Shown here piece by piece: positions 1 through 13,820 of a stretch of 64,000 bases of DNA. A model generated the notes under the pieces. That model was not told where the DNA came from, did not search any database, and saw nothing but the letters and a program-made list of their open reading frames with translations. Both the position numbers and the translations under genes were made by a program. Source of the stretch: Felis catus (lineage: Eukaryota); NCBI RefSeq assembly GCF_018350175.1, contig NC_058368.1, positions 85,686,001 through 85,750,000 on the forward strand. Direction: 5' to 3'. Each line of letters begins with the position of its first letter. The first letter of the stretch is position 1.

Positions 1-894
1 CACAATCCAGCAAGAAAGCTTAATGATTATAAATATTCATGCATCCAACATGATAGCATGCAAATATATGAAACAATAATTAACATAAATATATGATAAT
101 AGTAAGTGACTTTAACTCCCAAGTTAAATCAATGGACAGATGATCTAAAAAAGAAAACAACACTTTGTATCACACACTGGACCAGATAGGCTAAACAGAG
201 ATATTCAGAATATTTCATTCTAAAACAGTAAAATATCCATTCTTGTCAAATGCTCACGAGACATTTTCCAGAGTAGATACACACTGGGTCACAAATCAGG
301 CTTCAACAAATATAAAATGATTGAAATCATTCCATGTGCATTATCTGATACCAACACTATGAAGCTAGAAGTCAAACACAAGAAAAAAAAATGAAATAGC
401 ATAATTACATGGAATTTGACCAATACACTACTAAAAAATGACGGATCAACCAGGAAATTAAAAAAATAATAATAATAAGTAAAAAGGAATGGCTACAAAT
501 GCCAATGAAAACGTAATGGCCCCAAATATTTGGAATGCAGTCAAAGAATCCAAACAGGAAAATATATAGCAATACAGGCATACCTAAAGAACAACAACAA
601 CAACAAAATCTGAAATAAGTAACCTAAAGGTGCTAGAAAAAGAAAGAAAAAGAAAGTTTAAAGTCACCTGAATATAGGAAACAATAAAGAATATAGTAGA
701 AATCAATGGTAAAAGAACAAAAGAAATGATAAAGTAGGTCAATGAAGGAGCTCGTTCTTTCAAAAACATAATGATAAAGCTCTGGTCAGACTTATCAAAG
801 AAAATAGAAAAGACCCCAATAAATAAAATCACAAATGAGACAGGAGAAATAACCAACACCACAGATAGACAAGCAATTATAAGAGATTATGAAA

Positions 895-1114
895 GGGGCG
901 CCTGGGTGGCTCAGTCGGTTAAGTGGCCGACTTCGGCTCAGGTCATGATCTCGCGGTCCGTGAGTTCGAGCCCCACGTCGGGCTCTGTGCTGACAGCTCG
1001 GAGCCTGGAGCCTGTTTCGGATTCTGTGTCTCCCTCTCTCTGACCCTCGCCTGTTCATGCTCTGTCTCTCTCTGTCTCAAAAATAAATAAACATTAAAAC
1101 AAATTTAAAAAAAG
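895..1114 (+). mobile_element. Can-SINE (felid type, young)
   Basis: tRNA-derived head ggggcgcctgggtggctcagtcggttaag, (CT)n and A tail. TSD taagagattatgaaa (880-894, 1115-1129). Confidence 0.97.
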
Positions 1115-3670
1115 TAAGAGATTATGAAAAAGTATCTGCCAAGAAATCAGACAACCTACAAGTCATGGATAAATTCTTAGAAACATATAAACTACCTGAA
1201 CTGAAATGGAAAGAAATAGAAAATTTTACCAATCAAAAACCAATAAAGAAATTGAATCAGTAATAAAAAAAAAGCCCAACAAACATGTCTAGAGCCAGAT
1301 AATTGCATAGGCAAATTCTATCAAACACTTAAAGAAGAATTAATACCTATTCTCAAATTATGCCCAAAAAATAGAAAAGGAAGGAAAACTTCCAAATTCA
1401 TTCTATGGGGCCAGTTTTACTTTGATACCACAATTGGATAATCAGTTAGCTGGAAACTGAACTACAGGGCAATATCACTGGTGAACATTGATGCAAAAAT
1501 CATCAGTAAAATAGTAGCAACTTGAGCCAACAATACATTAAAAAATATTCACATCACCAAGTGGAATCCATTCATTGGTTGCAAGGGAGGGTCAATATTC
1601 ATAAACAGTCAACATGATACACCAATTTAATAAAAGAAAGAATAAGAATCATATAATCACTTCAATGGATGCAGAAAACACGTTTGACAAAGTAGAAAAT
1701 CCATTCATGATTTAAAAAAAAACTCAGAAAAAATATGTTTAGAGGGAACACATGTCAGCATGATAAAGGCTTTCTATGCAAAAATCCGCAGTTAATATAC
1801 TAAATGGGGAAAAACTAAGAGCTTTTCCTCTATGGTCAGTAATAGGACAGTGATGTCCATTTTCACTACTGTTATTTAACATAGTACTGGAAGTTCTAGC
1901 TTTAGTGATCAGACAAAATAAAGAAATAGAAGACATCCAAATCAGCAATGAAGAAGTCAAATTTTCACTATTTGTAGATGACATGATACTCTATATAGAA
2001 AATGAAAACACTTAATCAAAAGACTACTAGAACTGATACATGAATTCAGTAAATCTGTAAGACACAAAGTCAGCTTACAGAAATCTGTTGCATTTCTATA
2101 AACTAATATGAAGCAGCAGACAGAGATTTTAAAGAATCAATCCTATTTACAATTGCACCAAATACAATAAGATACATGCAACTAGACCTAAACTAAGATG
2201 TTGGAAACCTGTATTCTGAAAACTATAAAACAATGATGAAAGAAGTTGAAGAGGATGCAATAAATGGAAAGCCATTCCATGTGCATGTATAGGAAAAAGA
2301 AACATTGTTATAATATTTCTACTACCCAAAGCATCTACATATTTAAGGTAATCCTCATCAAAATACTAAGAGCATTCTTCACAGAGCTGCAACAATCTTA
2401 AAATTTGCATAGAACCACAAAAGACCTTGAAGAGGCAAAGCAACCTTGCAAAAGGCAAGAAAAGCTGGAGGCATTACAATTCCATACCTCAAGTTACATT
2501 ACAAAGCTGTAATGGTCAAGACAGTATGGAACTGGCACAAAAAATAAACACAGTTATGAACGAAAAAGAATAGGAAACCCAGAAATAAGCCCCCAACTAT
2601 GTGGTCAATTAAATTTTGACAAAGCCGTAAAAGATACCTAATGGAAAAAAGACAATCTCTTCAACAAATGATGTGAAGAATCTGGATAGCTACATTCCCA
2701 AGAATGAAATTGGACCACTTTCTTAAACAAGTCAGAGAAATAAATTCAAATAAGATTAGACACCAAAATGTGAGACCTGAAACCATAAAAATCATAGAAT
2801 AGAACATAGGCAGTAACTAGTTTGACATCAGCCATAGAAACTTCTTTCTTGATATCTGCCTTGAGGCAAGGATAACAAAAGTAAAAGATAAATCATTGAG
2901 ATTTCATCAAAATAAAACCCATCTGAAAGGGAAGGAAACATTTAACAAAAATAAGGTAAGTCATGGAATGGGAGAAGATATTTGCCAGTGACATAACTGA
3001 TAAAGATTACTATCCAAAATATATAAATAACTTACAAAACTCAACACCCCCCCCAAAAAAATGAATAATCCAATTAAAACATGGGTAAAATAGATGAATA
3101 GACATTTTTCCAAAGAACACATTCAGATGGCCAACAGACACAGGGAAACATGTTCACCATCACCTATCATCAGGGAAATACAAATCAAAACTACCATTGG
3201 ATATCACCTCACAACTGTCAAAATGGCTAAAATTAACAACACAATATCTGTTTACAGCGTATGGAGAAAGGGAATCTGTCTTGCACCATTGGTGGGAATA
3301 CAAACTGGTGCAGTCACTCTGGAAAACAATATGGATGTTCCTCAAAAACTTAAAAACAGAATTACCCTACGATCTAGCATTTGTGTTACTAGTTATTTGC
3401 TTAAAGAATATAAAACTACTAATTCTAACTGATATATCACCCTGATCTTTATAGCAGCATTACCTATTATAGGCAAATTGTATAAACAGTCTGTGTCCAT
3501 CAACTAATGAGTGGATAAGGAAGAAGTGGGATATATACATATAATGGAATGTTACTCAGCCATAAATAAAGAATGAAATCTTTGCATTTGCAACAACATG
3601 GATTGATCTAGAGAATATTATGCTAAGGAAAATAAGTGAGACAGAGAATGACAAATATCATATGATTTCT

Positions 3671-3813
3671 GGGGGTCTGGGTGGCTTAGTCAGTTAAGTG
3701 TCCAACTCTTGATTTTGGCTTGGGTCATGATCTCACAGTTTGTGAATTTGAGCCCTGGAGACTGTTTGGGATTCTCTCTCTCTCTCTCTCTGAAAAAAAA
3801 AAAAAACTTAAAA
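3671..3813 (+). mobile_element. Can-SINE, internally deleted
   Basis: Head, (CT)n and A tail. Near-perfect TSD aaata[t/c]catatgatttc. Confidence 0.9.
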
Positions 3814-4769
3814 AAATACCATATGATTTCACTCTTACATGGGTTTTAAGAAACATAACAAATGTTCAACTGGAAAACAAAAAGAGATATAAAGAGAGGC
3901 AAATAAAGAAACAGATTGTTAATTATGGAGAACCAATTGATTGTTACCAGAGGGGACTTGGGTGGGGCAATGGGTTAAATAGGTGATGGACACTAAAGAG
4001 TGTAGTTGGTTTGATGAGCACTGAGTGTAGTATGAAAGTGTTGAATCACTATATTGTGCATGTGAAACTAATATAACACTGTATGCTAACTAAGTTGAAT
4101 TTAAATAAAAAGGAAAAAAAATAGCAACTAGAATGTAAGGGATCCAGCCTTAGAACTCTATCAAATGGCAGAGGAGGTGACGAAATTCACCTTGGTCAGA
4201 AGGTCTCGTGAACAGCACAGGATATATTTTCCTCCATCACAATAGTCCAGGGCCCCTAGCCAGGCTACCTCCTTAATGATCCACAGACCCACTAGTCCAC
4301 ATCAGCCCCGGCCAGTCCCCTAATGATGAGCCGATGCAGTGCACACCAGGACACACCTGCTCTGCACTCACTACAGCTCCAGATGAATTACTTCGGTGTC
4401 ACAAGTGCAAACACGGTGGAAAACACCAAGACTGTAACACTCTAGCTCCAAACATCTTACCAGGGAACACCCTAGCACAATGTACCCTGGGAACCCCTGG
4501 CCAGAACCCAGCTCAGACTCAGAGCCCTTCCAGGGCACTTTCAATGTGATGAGCCCCAGGATTGCCACAGGTAGAGCCTTCTTAATATTTGGGCATACCT
4601 TCATGCCAGCCACTTAATAGTGTGCCCTTGGCCCCAGAGCTCATGGCAGCCACAGCTCCAGCTATCCAGCCAAAGGCACTAAGCACACACAGTCTACAAA
4701 GAGGATAACTTACAAACTTTTACTTCAAGTTTAGGAAAATGAATTGTTTTGCCTAATTCATAGACCGAA

Positions 4770-4835
4770 ACACACACATGCAAACACACACACAGACATA
4801 CACACACACAGACACACACACATACACACACACAC
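4770..4835. repeat. Imperfect (CA)n microsatellite
   Basis: Interrupted CA run. Confidence 0.9.
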
Positions 4836-5451
4836 TCAGTGAGCAAAATGAGAATGAGCCAAATGAAAGAACAAGACAAAATGTCAGAAAAACAACACAA
4901 TGAAGAGATAATTACCATATACCTGATGAAGAGTTCAAAGTGATTATTCAAAATATGCTCACAAGTCTGGAGAGTAAACAAACTCAGTGAGAATTTGAAT
5001 GTGAGATGGAAAATATAAAAATCATAGTTGAAGAATTCAATAACTGTAATAAAAAATACACTGAAGGGAATCAACAGTAGTTTAGAAAATACAGGAGAAT
5101 GAATCAGTGATCTTGAATGCAGTGCAATGTAAAGCACCAGAGAAGAGAAAAAAAAAAGAATTTTAAAAATGATGTTAAACTTTAAACTAAAGGATCTCTC
5201 AGATAACATCAAGTGAACAAATATTTACATCATTTGGGTTGCAGAAAGATAAAAGAAAAGAAGGCAAAACAACTTACTTGAATAAGTAATGGCAGAGAAA
5301 TTTCCTATCTTGGTGAAGGAAACTGAAATCCAGGTACCAAAGCTCAGAGACTTCCAAACAAAAGAAACCCAATGAGGTCCACACCATGACTCTTAATAAT
5401 TAAAATGTAGAAGACTAAATATAAAGAGATAATTTTAAAGGCAAAAAGAGA

Positions 5452-5640
5452 GTGGTGCCTGATGGCTGACTGGGTAAATTGTCTGACTCTTAATTTAGGC
5501 TCAGGTCATGATCCCAGAGTGGTGAGTTCAACCCTATGTAGGGCTCCACATTGAGGATGGAGCCTGCTTGAGATTCTCTCCCCCCTTGCCCCTATCCCAC
5601 ACTCATTTTCTCTAAATAAATGAATAAATAAATAAATAAC
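5452..5640 (+). mobile_element. Can-SINE
   Basis: ggctcaggtcatgatccc core and (taaa)n tail. Confidence 0.88.
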
Positions 5641-5858
5641 CAAAAAGAGAAAAGAAACTAGTTATATATAAGGAAAAACCCCTTAAGTCCATTAGTTGAT
5701 TTTTAGCAGAAATTCTGTAGAGCATAAAGGAGTGATCTAAGTGAAAGGGAAAAAAAAATAATAAAAGCTACAACCACGAATACTCTAGCTGGCAAGGATG
5801 TCGTTTGAATTGAAAGAGGGATAAAGAGTTTAGCATAAAGGTTAAAAGACAAAAGTAT

Positions 5859-6090
5859 TGGGGCACCTGGGTGGCTCAGTCAGTTACACATCTGACTCTG
5901 GCTTGGGTCATCATCTCACAGTTTGTGATTTTGAGCCCCACATCAGGCTTTGTGCTGAAAGCTCAGATCCTGGAGCCTGCTTTGGATTCTGTGTCTCCCT
6001 CTCTCTGTGCCCCTCCACTGCTCATGCTGTGTGTCTCTCTCTCTCTTTCTTTCAAACATTAATAAACATGTAAAAATTTTAAAAAAGAAA
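5859..6090 (+). mobile_element. Can-SINE
   Basis: ggggcacctgggtggctcagtcag head, (CT)n and tail. Confidence 0.93.
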
Positions 6091-6255
6091 AAATATTAAA
6101 ATCAATTATATGTAAAAAATTTAGTAAGGGGCTAACAAAATAAAAATATGCAAAATATGACAACATATATGTAACAGGTGAGGGGAAGAAAAGTGAAGTT
6201 CTTTTAAAATATGTTTGAATTTAAGTGAATATCAACATTAGACTGCTATATTCTT

Positions 6256-6469
6256 CTTAAATTTTTTAACGTTATTTATTTTTGAGACAGAGAAAGACAG
6301 AGCATGAACGAAGGAGGGTCAGAGATAGAGGGAGACACAGAATCCAAAACAGGCTCCAGGCTCTGAGCTGTCAGCACAGAGCCCAACACGGGGCTCAAAC
6401 TCACAGACCACGAGATCATGACCTGAGCCGAAGTTGGATGCTTAACCGACTGAGCCACCCAGGCACCTC
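6256..6469 (-). mobile_element. Can-SINE
   Basis: Reverse-complement SINE with TSD tagactgctatattctt (6239-6255, 6470-6486). Confidence 0.95.
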
Positions 6470-7920
6470 TAGACTGCTATATTCTTAATATGTTTGTATG
6501 AACTGCATGGTAACCATAAAACAAAAACTTATACTAGATAACCCAAAAATATAAATAAAAATTACATTACATTACAGAAAAAAAAACATTAAATAAAATA
6601 ATGAACAAGGAAAACAAGAGCAAGACAAAAAAATAAACTGAGAAGGATTACAAAAGCAAACAGAAATCAAATAACAAAATGACAATAAAAATGTACCTAT
6701 CAATAATTATTTTAAGTGTAAATGTTCAAAATGACTCAATAGTGACATGTAGGATTATAGAATGGATTAAAAAAAGAGAGAGAGAGACCCATTTATATGC
6801 TGCCTACAAGACACTTACTTTAAACCTAAAGACATATGCAGATTAAAGGTGCGGGGATGGAAAAGCATTTACAATGCAAATGGAAGTGCGGGAAAAAAGT
6901 GGGGTAGCAATACTTACACCATACCAAAAATACTTTAAAACAAAGATTGTAGAAAGTGAAAAAGGACACTACCTAATGATAAACGGATGAACCCAACAAG
7001 AGAATATAACAACTGTAAATATCTATGCACTCAATATTGGAGCAATGAAATTCATAAGCCAAATATTGCCAAATATAGAGAGAAATTGACAATAATCCAA
7101 TAATAGTAGGGGACTTTAGTAACTCATTTGCTCAATGGAAAGATCAGTGGGGCAGAATATCCATAAGGAAAATGTCTTTGATTGACACATTAAACCAGAT
7201 GGACTTAGCAGATTTATAAAGAATATTCTATGCAAACATAAGAATACATATTCTTTTCAAGTGCACAAGGAACAATCTCCAGAATAGATCACATGTTAGG
7301 CCAAAAAATAAAGAAAAAAAAACCTCAATAAATTTAAGAAGATTGTAATCATACAAAGAATGTCTTTGAACCAAAACAGTATGCATCTAAAAATCAATTA
7401 CAAGAAAACAGCTGGAAAAAACACAAGCATGAGGAGGGTAAACAGCATGCTACTAAACAGTAAATGAGTCATCAAAGAAATCAAAGAGGGAATAAGAACA
7501 TACATGGAGACAAATTAAAATGAAAGTACAACTCTCCAAAATCTTTGGGATGCAGTAAAAAGAATTCTAAGAAGAAAATTTATAGTTATAGATGCCTGCA
7601 TTAAGATCAAGAAATATCTAATTAAAAAAAAATCTAAATTTCACCTAAAAGAGCTGGAAAAAAGAACAAAAGCCCAAAGTTAGTACAAGGAAGAGAATAG
7701 TAAAGATCAGAATGGAAATAAAATGAGACCAAAAAATAGAAAAGATCAATGAAAGCAAGAGCTGGATCTTTGAAAAAATAAACAAAATTGATAAATTTTA
7801 GTCACACTCAAAAGAAAAAAAAGGAAGAAAGAGACACACAGAGAGGGAGAGAGAGAGGGGAAGAAAGAAGAAAGAAAGAAAGAAAGAACCCAAAATAAAT
7901 GATATCAGAAATGAAAGAGA

Positions 7921-8460
7921 AGCCACCTGTGTCACTCAGTTGAGTGTCCAACTTCAGCTCAGGTCATGATCTCACAGTTCATGGGTTCAAGCCCCAGGCT
8001 GGCTCTGTGCTGACAGCTCAGAGCCTGGAGGCTGTTTCATATTCTGTGTCTCCCTCTCTCTCTGACCCTCCCCTCTCATTCTGTCTTTCTCTCTCTCAAA
8101 AATAAATAAACATTAAAATACTTCTAAAAAAGAAGAAAAAAAAAAGAAAGGAAAAGAAAGAAAAGAAATGAAATGAAAGAGGAGGGTGCCTGGGTGGCTC
8201 AGTTGATTAAGCATCTTACTTTGGCTCAGGTCATGATCTCATGGTTTGTGAGTTCAAACCCTGCATAAATGAGCTTGTGCTTTGGGTAAACATGAGACCC
8301 ACTTTGGGAAAACACAAACCCTGATTTGGGTGGGCCTCCCTTCTCTCTCTCTCTCCCTCTGCCCCTCCAGGGATTCTTTTTCTCTCTCTCTCCCACTCTC
8401 TCTCTCTAAAAAAAAAAAAAAAAAAAATTGTCCCCTCTCTTTCTCTCTCTAAAAAACAAA
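7921..8460 (+). mobile_element. Two head-to-tail Can-SINEs (~7921-8165 and ~8184-8460)
   Basis: Two heads and two tails. The L1 target aaatgaaagag recurs before each, and the second SINE has an atypical internal segment. Confidence 0.9.
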
Positions 8461-9557
8461 GAATATAAAAGAGGAAAAGTAATAACCAATACCACATAAA
8501 TGCAAAGGATTACAATTAGGCCACTTTGGAATAATAGGCACCAACAAATTGGATGAACTAGAAGAAATGGATGACTTCCTAGAAACATACAATATTACAA
8601 AACTGAATCAGAAAAAAAAATAAATCTGAAAAGTCTTGTTTCTATGTAACAATATTGAATTGGTAACCAAAAACTCTTGACATAAACAATAAGGACCAGA
8701 TGGATTCCCTAATGAATTCCACTAAAAATTTAAAGAAGAGTTGATACTGATTTTCCTCAAGCTATTTCAAAAAGTATGAGAGGAAAGAAAGCTTCTAAAT
8801 ACATTCTATGAAGACAGCTTTTCCTTGATACCAAAACCAAAAACAGTAAAGCAAAACAAAACAAAACAAAAGCATGTCAATAGTCCTGATGAGCATAGAT
8901 GCAAATTCTCCACACACACAAAAATAGCACACCACCTCAACAATACCTTAAAAAATAACATTCAACATGATGAAATTGGTTTCGCTTGGGATGCAAGGAT
9001 GGTTCAGTATCCACAAATCAATCAACAGGGTATACCACATTAATATAATAAAGAATAAAAAATTATGTAATCATCTCCATAGATGCAGAAACTATCAGTT
9101 GACAAAATATGGCATTTATCATGGTAAAAACTCTTAACAAAATGGGGTTAGAGAAACACACCTCAGTGTAATAACTGGCACATATGGTAAACCCACAGTC
9201 AACATCCTATGTAATGGTGAAAAATTGAAAGCTTTTCCTCTAAGAACAAGAGAAGGACATCTACTACTGTCACTATTATTAAAAAATGTAAGGGAAGTCC
9301 TAGTCACACCAATCAAAAATGCAAAAAGATAAATGCATCCAAATCGGTAAGGAAAAAAGAAAACAGTTACTTTTTGCAGAAGACAAAATACTATATATAT
9401 ATACCTATAGATTCCACCAAGAAACTATTAGAATGCATGAATTCAGTAAAGTTGCATGTTACAAAATTAATATACAGAAATTAGTTATATATCTATACAC
9501 TAATAATGAAGCAGGAGTAAACATAAGTTTAAAAACATCCCATTTAAAATTGCACCA

Positions 9558-9773
9558 GGGGCGCCTGGGTGGCTTGGTCGGTTAAGCATCCGACTTCGGC
9601 TCAGTTCATGATCTCACGGTCGTGAGGTCAAACCCCGCGTCGGGCTCTGTGCTGACCGCTCAGAGCCTGGAGCCTGTTTCAGATTCTGTGTCTCCCTCTC
9701 TCTCTGCCCCTCCCCTGTTCATGCTCTGTCTCTCTCTGTCTCAAAAATAAATAAACGTTAAAAAAAATTAAAA
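9558..9773 (+). mobile_element. Can-SINE (young)
   Basis: CpG-rich body with TSD aaaattgcacca (9546-9557, 9774-9785). Confidence 0.96.
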
Positions 9774-10661
9774 AAAATTGCACCAGAATTAAAATACCCA
9801 GTGCTAAACTTCACCAAAGTGGTAAAACGACAGTATTCTGAAAATTATATAATATATATAAAAGGCAATTAGATGACAAAAAACAAGAGGAGATACCCAT
9901 GCTCCTGGATTGGAAGAATTCATATTGTTGAAATATCCATACTACCCAAATCAAGATACAGATTCAATGTAATCCCTATTAAAATACCAATAGCACCTTT
10001 CTCATAGCTAAAATAAATAATTACAAAGTGTATGGAACCACAAAAGACTGTGAATATCCAAAGCAATGTTGAGAAAGAAGAACAAAGCTGGATATACTGC
10101 AATCCCAGATTTCAAAATATACCACAAAACTATAATAATTTTAAAAAGTATGTTACTGGCACAAAAACACACAGATCAAAGGTAATAAATAAAGACCCTG
10201 GAAATAAACCCATGTTTATATGGTCAGATAATTTATGACAAAGATGTCAAGAATATATGATGTGAGAAAAAAATCTTTTTATTAAATGGTCCTGGGTAAA
10301 CTGAGTAACTACATCCAAAAGAATGAAACTGACTCACCTTCTCACACCATACCAAAAATAAAAATGGATTAAAGACCCAAGTCTGAGATCTGAAACCATA
10401 AAGCTCCTGGAAGAAAGCATATCTCTATATTGATTTTAGCAACATATTCATGTATAGTCTGCTAAAGCAAAGGAAAGAAAATCAAAAATAAACTACTGGG
10501 ACTGCACAAAAATAAAAAGTGTTTTCGCAGTCAAGGAAACTATCAACAAAACAAAAGGCAATCTGTTGAATGGGAGAAGATATTTGAAACTGATATATAT
10601 GATAAGGGTTTAATATCTAAAATATATTAAAAAATAAAACTAAACAGCAAAAAACAGAAAA

Positions 10662-10767
10662 AAGAAATAAGAGAAAGAAAAGGAAAGGAAAGGAAAGGAA
10701 AGGAAAGGAAAGGAAAGGAAAGGGAAAGGGAAATGGAAAAGAAAGGAAAAGAAAGGAAAGGAAAGGA
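10662..10767. repeat. (GGAAA)n polypurine microsatellite
   Basis: Direct tandem aaagg units inside L1. Confidence 0.95.
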
Positions 10768-10949
10768 GTAATTCATTTAAAAACAGAGGAATTGATTAGA
10801 CAATTTTCAAAAAAAAAAGCTATACAGATTGCCAGCAGACACAGATAAAAATAGTCAACATCACTAATAATCAGTGAAATGCAAATCAAAACCAGGAGAT
10901 GTCATCTGACACTTAATCACAATGGCTAGTATCAAAAAGTTAATTAATA

Positions 10950-11798
10950 CAGTAAAACCCTGGATTGCGAGTAACTTATTTTGCAAGTGTTCTGTAAGAT
11001 GAGCAAACAATTCTAATAAATTTTAACTTGATAAATGAGCGAGGTCTTGCAATAGGAGTAGTACGTGACACTGAACATCACGATCACAACTGAGTCAATG
11101 GTTCTTCTCTTTCTTTCGCTGTGTGATTGTGCGTGATCATCTCTTATGCTCAGATGCTTGGTCTCAGGCTGTGGTGTTTGGCAGAAATTAATGATTTTTC
11201 AGAATTTTGGAAGGTGCCCATAACTGGCACTAATGTATTTTTTGTCACTTCAGAGCACCTTTGGACAGTCCTTTCCTTTTCCATACAGGAGTAAGCTTAG
11301 GAAGCTTTGCTTCCTTCTAGGTCAGGCTGCCTGCAGATATAGACGGTTTCCTCTGCTACCTCATTGCCAGTTACTTTAAGTACAATATATAAGAAGAGTT
11401 TATTAATACTATACTGTAGTCAACATCCATATGACCATATACAATGTCTCCCATGCAGAAAAAGATTCCATGGACTCAATATATAGAAGTTATTCCATTA
11501 AAGATAGTGAAAGTGGTCCTACACAATAACACTTCTCTCTCTCTTATCTCCTTTACACCTGCCAGGAAGGCTTTCAAAGCTACATGCAGATTTATTTATT
11601 TATTTTTCTTTATATTCTGTATATTCTTTAATATTTTGCATTATATTACAGTATTGTAATCATTTTTATATGAATATTTTGGGTTGTGGAATCAATCATC
11701 TGAATTTTCATTATTTCTTATCAGTAAATTTGCTTTGTTATAAAAGTGTTTGGATTACAATCATCTTTGCGGAATGCTCACAAAACAAGGTTTTATTG
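10950..11798. mobile_element. Non-autonomous Tc1/mariner (Tigger-like) DNA transposon
   Basis: Left end ta|CAGTAAAACCCTGGATTGCGAG and right end CTCACAAAACAAGGTTTTATTG|ta form imperfect 22-bp TIRs with a TA TSD. The host L1 ORF2 resumes in register on both sides. No transposase ORF. Confidence 0.88.
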
Positions 11799-13000
11799 TA
11801 CTAAGTGTTGGAAAGGATGTGGAGGAAAAAGAATCGTCACACACTGTTGGTGGGGATCTAAATTAGTGTAGCAACTGTGGGAAACAGCATAGAGTCTCTT
11901 TAAGAAATTAAAACAGAAATACTGTACAATCCACTAATTCCACTGCTGTGTATTTAACACCCCAGAAATGGAAACACTAATTCAAAAATACATATGCTCC
12001 ACTGTGCTTACTGGAGTGGTATTTACAACATCCAAGATATGGAAACAACCTAAGTGCCTTTGGACAGATGAATGAAAAAATAACATATGGTGTGTATATA
12101 AACAATGGATTCTTATTCAGCCAGCAAAAGAGTGGGTTCATGTCATTTGCAACAACATGGATGAAATGAGGTTATTTTGGTGAGATGTCACACAAAGACA
12201 AAAACCATATGATTTCAAAACAAACAAATCAGAACCAGGCCCATAAGTACTGAGAACAAACTGGTGGTTGCAGAAGTGGGGGTGAAGGGGTGAAGGGGTA
12301 ATGTAGGAGGTACAGGATTCCAGTTATGAAATGAATAATTCTCATGATTGAAAACTGCAGTGTGGAGAATATAATTTATGATATTATAATAGCTGTATAA
12401 TGATAAATGGTGGCTACATTTGTGGTGAACAAAGCATAAATAGTTGTTTTATCACTATATTGTACACTTGAAACTAATGCAATATTGTTTGTCAGCTATA
12501 CATTTTTAATTAAGTTTTTTCATTTTAATTCCAGTATAGTCAACAATTGTTTTCAATTAAATAAAATAGTTATTGATTGATTTGGTAGATTGATAATAAG
12601 CGTTGACACTAGAATTGTAAATTTAGGTAAGGTTTCCACATAATTAGCCTTTTAGACAATTTATTCAAACAATGCCCAATAAGGTTCTTATGTTTTGATA
12701 TACTATGCTCTAGCTGATAAATACCATTTTTCTGCCTTGAAAAATATATATCCCACATTTTTAGAAAAACTACCTTTTAAAATTGGCCAAGTAGACATTA
12801 TTGGACATTTTGAGAGATTTATATGCTGTACAAAAATTTAAGGGTATGAACTATATCATTTGCTTGAACTGACAGGTGATAAGAGAACTTCAACACAATG
12901 CAATGCATCTCTTCACAGTCAGTGTTTGTTGTTATTGTTGCCTTTTTTTTTTTTTTTTTTTTTTTTACTTTTGGTCACTGTCCTGATTCTCTTCTCTTAC

Positions 13001-13036
13001 CTAGTGGAGGTAAATCATGTTGGCTGGCATGTTGCC
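13001..13036 (-). other. Possible small cytoplasmic exon of the BTN-like pseudogene
   Basis: Strong donor CTAG|gtaaga. It is 36 nt, phase 1-1 and open (QHASQHDLPPL), but the acceptor is a weak tgag| and I recognise no homology. Confidence 0.22.
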
Positions 13037-13820
13037 CTCAAGATACAGGAAATTCAATCAATGTAGAAAAAACTGAATAGAAATATATCTAAGTTCTACA
13101 GGAATAGCTGCTAAGGCTTTCTACAGTACTGATATTATCTCTGAAGAAAGCATTTGTTTAAAGAACTCCCTGAATACATTGAGAGTGAGGCACAGGAGTG
13201 CCATAGGCTGTGGGTAGTCAGTCTTGTGTAGAGAAAAGTAATCAAGTTAGAGCACAGAGAAACAAGCTCTCTTATGAGACATTATTTTCTAGGGCCTGGA
13301 GAAAGGAAGTCACAGGCAGTCATGGCCTGGATAAGAACTCTCATTTGTTAATATCTTCTTATGCTCACAAACAAATGTTCTGAATATTGTTCTAACCTGA
13401 ACCCCCCCAAAAATATTAGAGAACAATGGCATTCTGATAACAGAAAATACCATCCAAATGCTAAACTAAGGTTTCAGTTAAATTATGTTACAGATAATTT
13501 GATTATCTCTGGGTGCATAAACAAACACATAGACAAATAAATAATCAATATTCCAAACCCGCACATTTGTCAGATAACAAAGCATATCTTGCTGTTGTTG
13601 TTGATGAAATAAATGACCTTGAACACACAACCTGTATTATCTGAAAAGCATTCAGAGCCATGAGTTTGTAGATGGAATTATTTTTTTCTGTTCATGTTTT
13701 CTTGTTCCCAATTTTAAATGCTAAAAACCAACTACAGACCACTTATGAGTTTTTGTTACTATTATATTATAATTCTCTACAAATGAAGCTAATATCCACT
13801 TTTTTAAAAATTCCATTTAC

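Larger units (their letters stand above)
1..4120 (+). mobile_element. Degenerate LINE-1 (ORF2 endonuclease end through RT and C-terminus, 3' UTR, A-rich tail); runs off the left edge
   Basis: Continuous L1 ORF2-like sequence: RT motif tttgtagatgacatgata at ~1971 (F[A/V]DDM) and [16 protein letters not shown] at 3094. Many stops. Tail at ~4103-4120. Confidence 0.95.
4130..12510 (+). mobile_element. Near full-length degenerate LINE-1 (5' UTR-like ~4130-4700, ORF1 ~4850-5850, ORF2 ~6680-12120, 3' UTR), interrupted by 6 SINEs and a DNA transposon
   Basis: ORF1-like gaagagttcaaagtgattatt at ~4930, endonuclease-like tgctgcctacaagacacttacttt at ~6800, RT tttgcagaagacaaaata at ~9373 and an L1 3' UTR to ~12510. 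Confidence 0.92.

Noticed and set aside
1..13000. B30.2/PRY-SPRY terminal exon of the BTN-like gene
   Set aside because: No LDP.TA or WEVEV-type motif is recognisable and the region is almost all L1. If present, the exon lies outside the window.
13618..13640. Candidate heptad exon after the TM exon
   Set aside because: The acceptor is good (ttttcag), but the donor is weak and 23 nt does not preserve frame. Not supportable.
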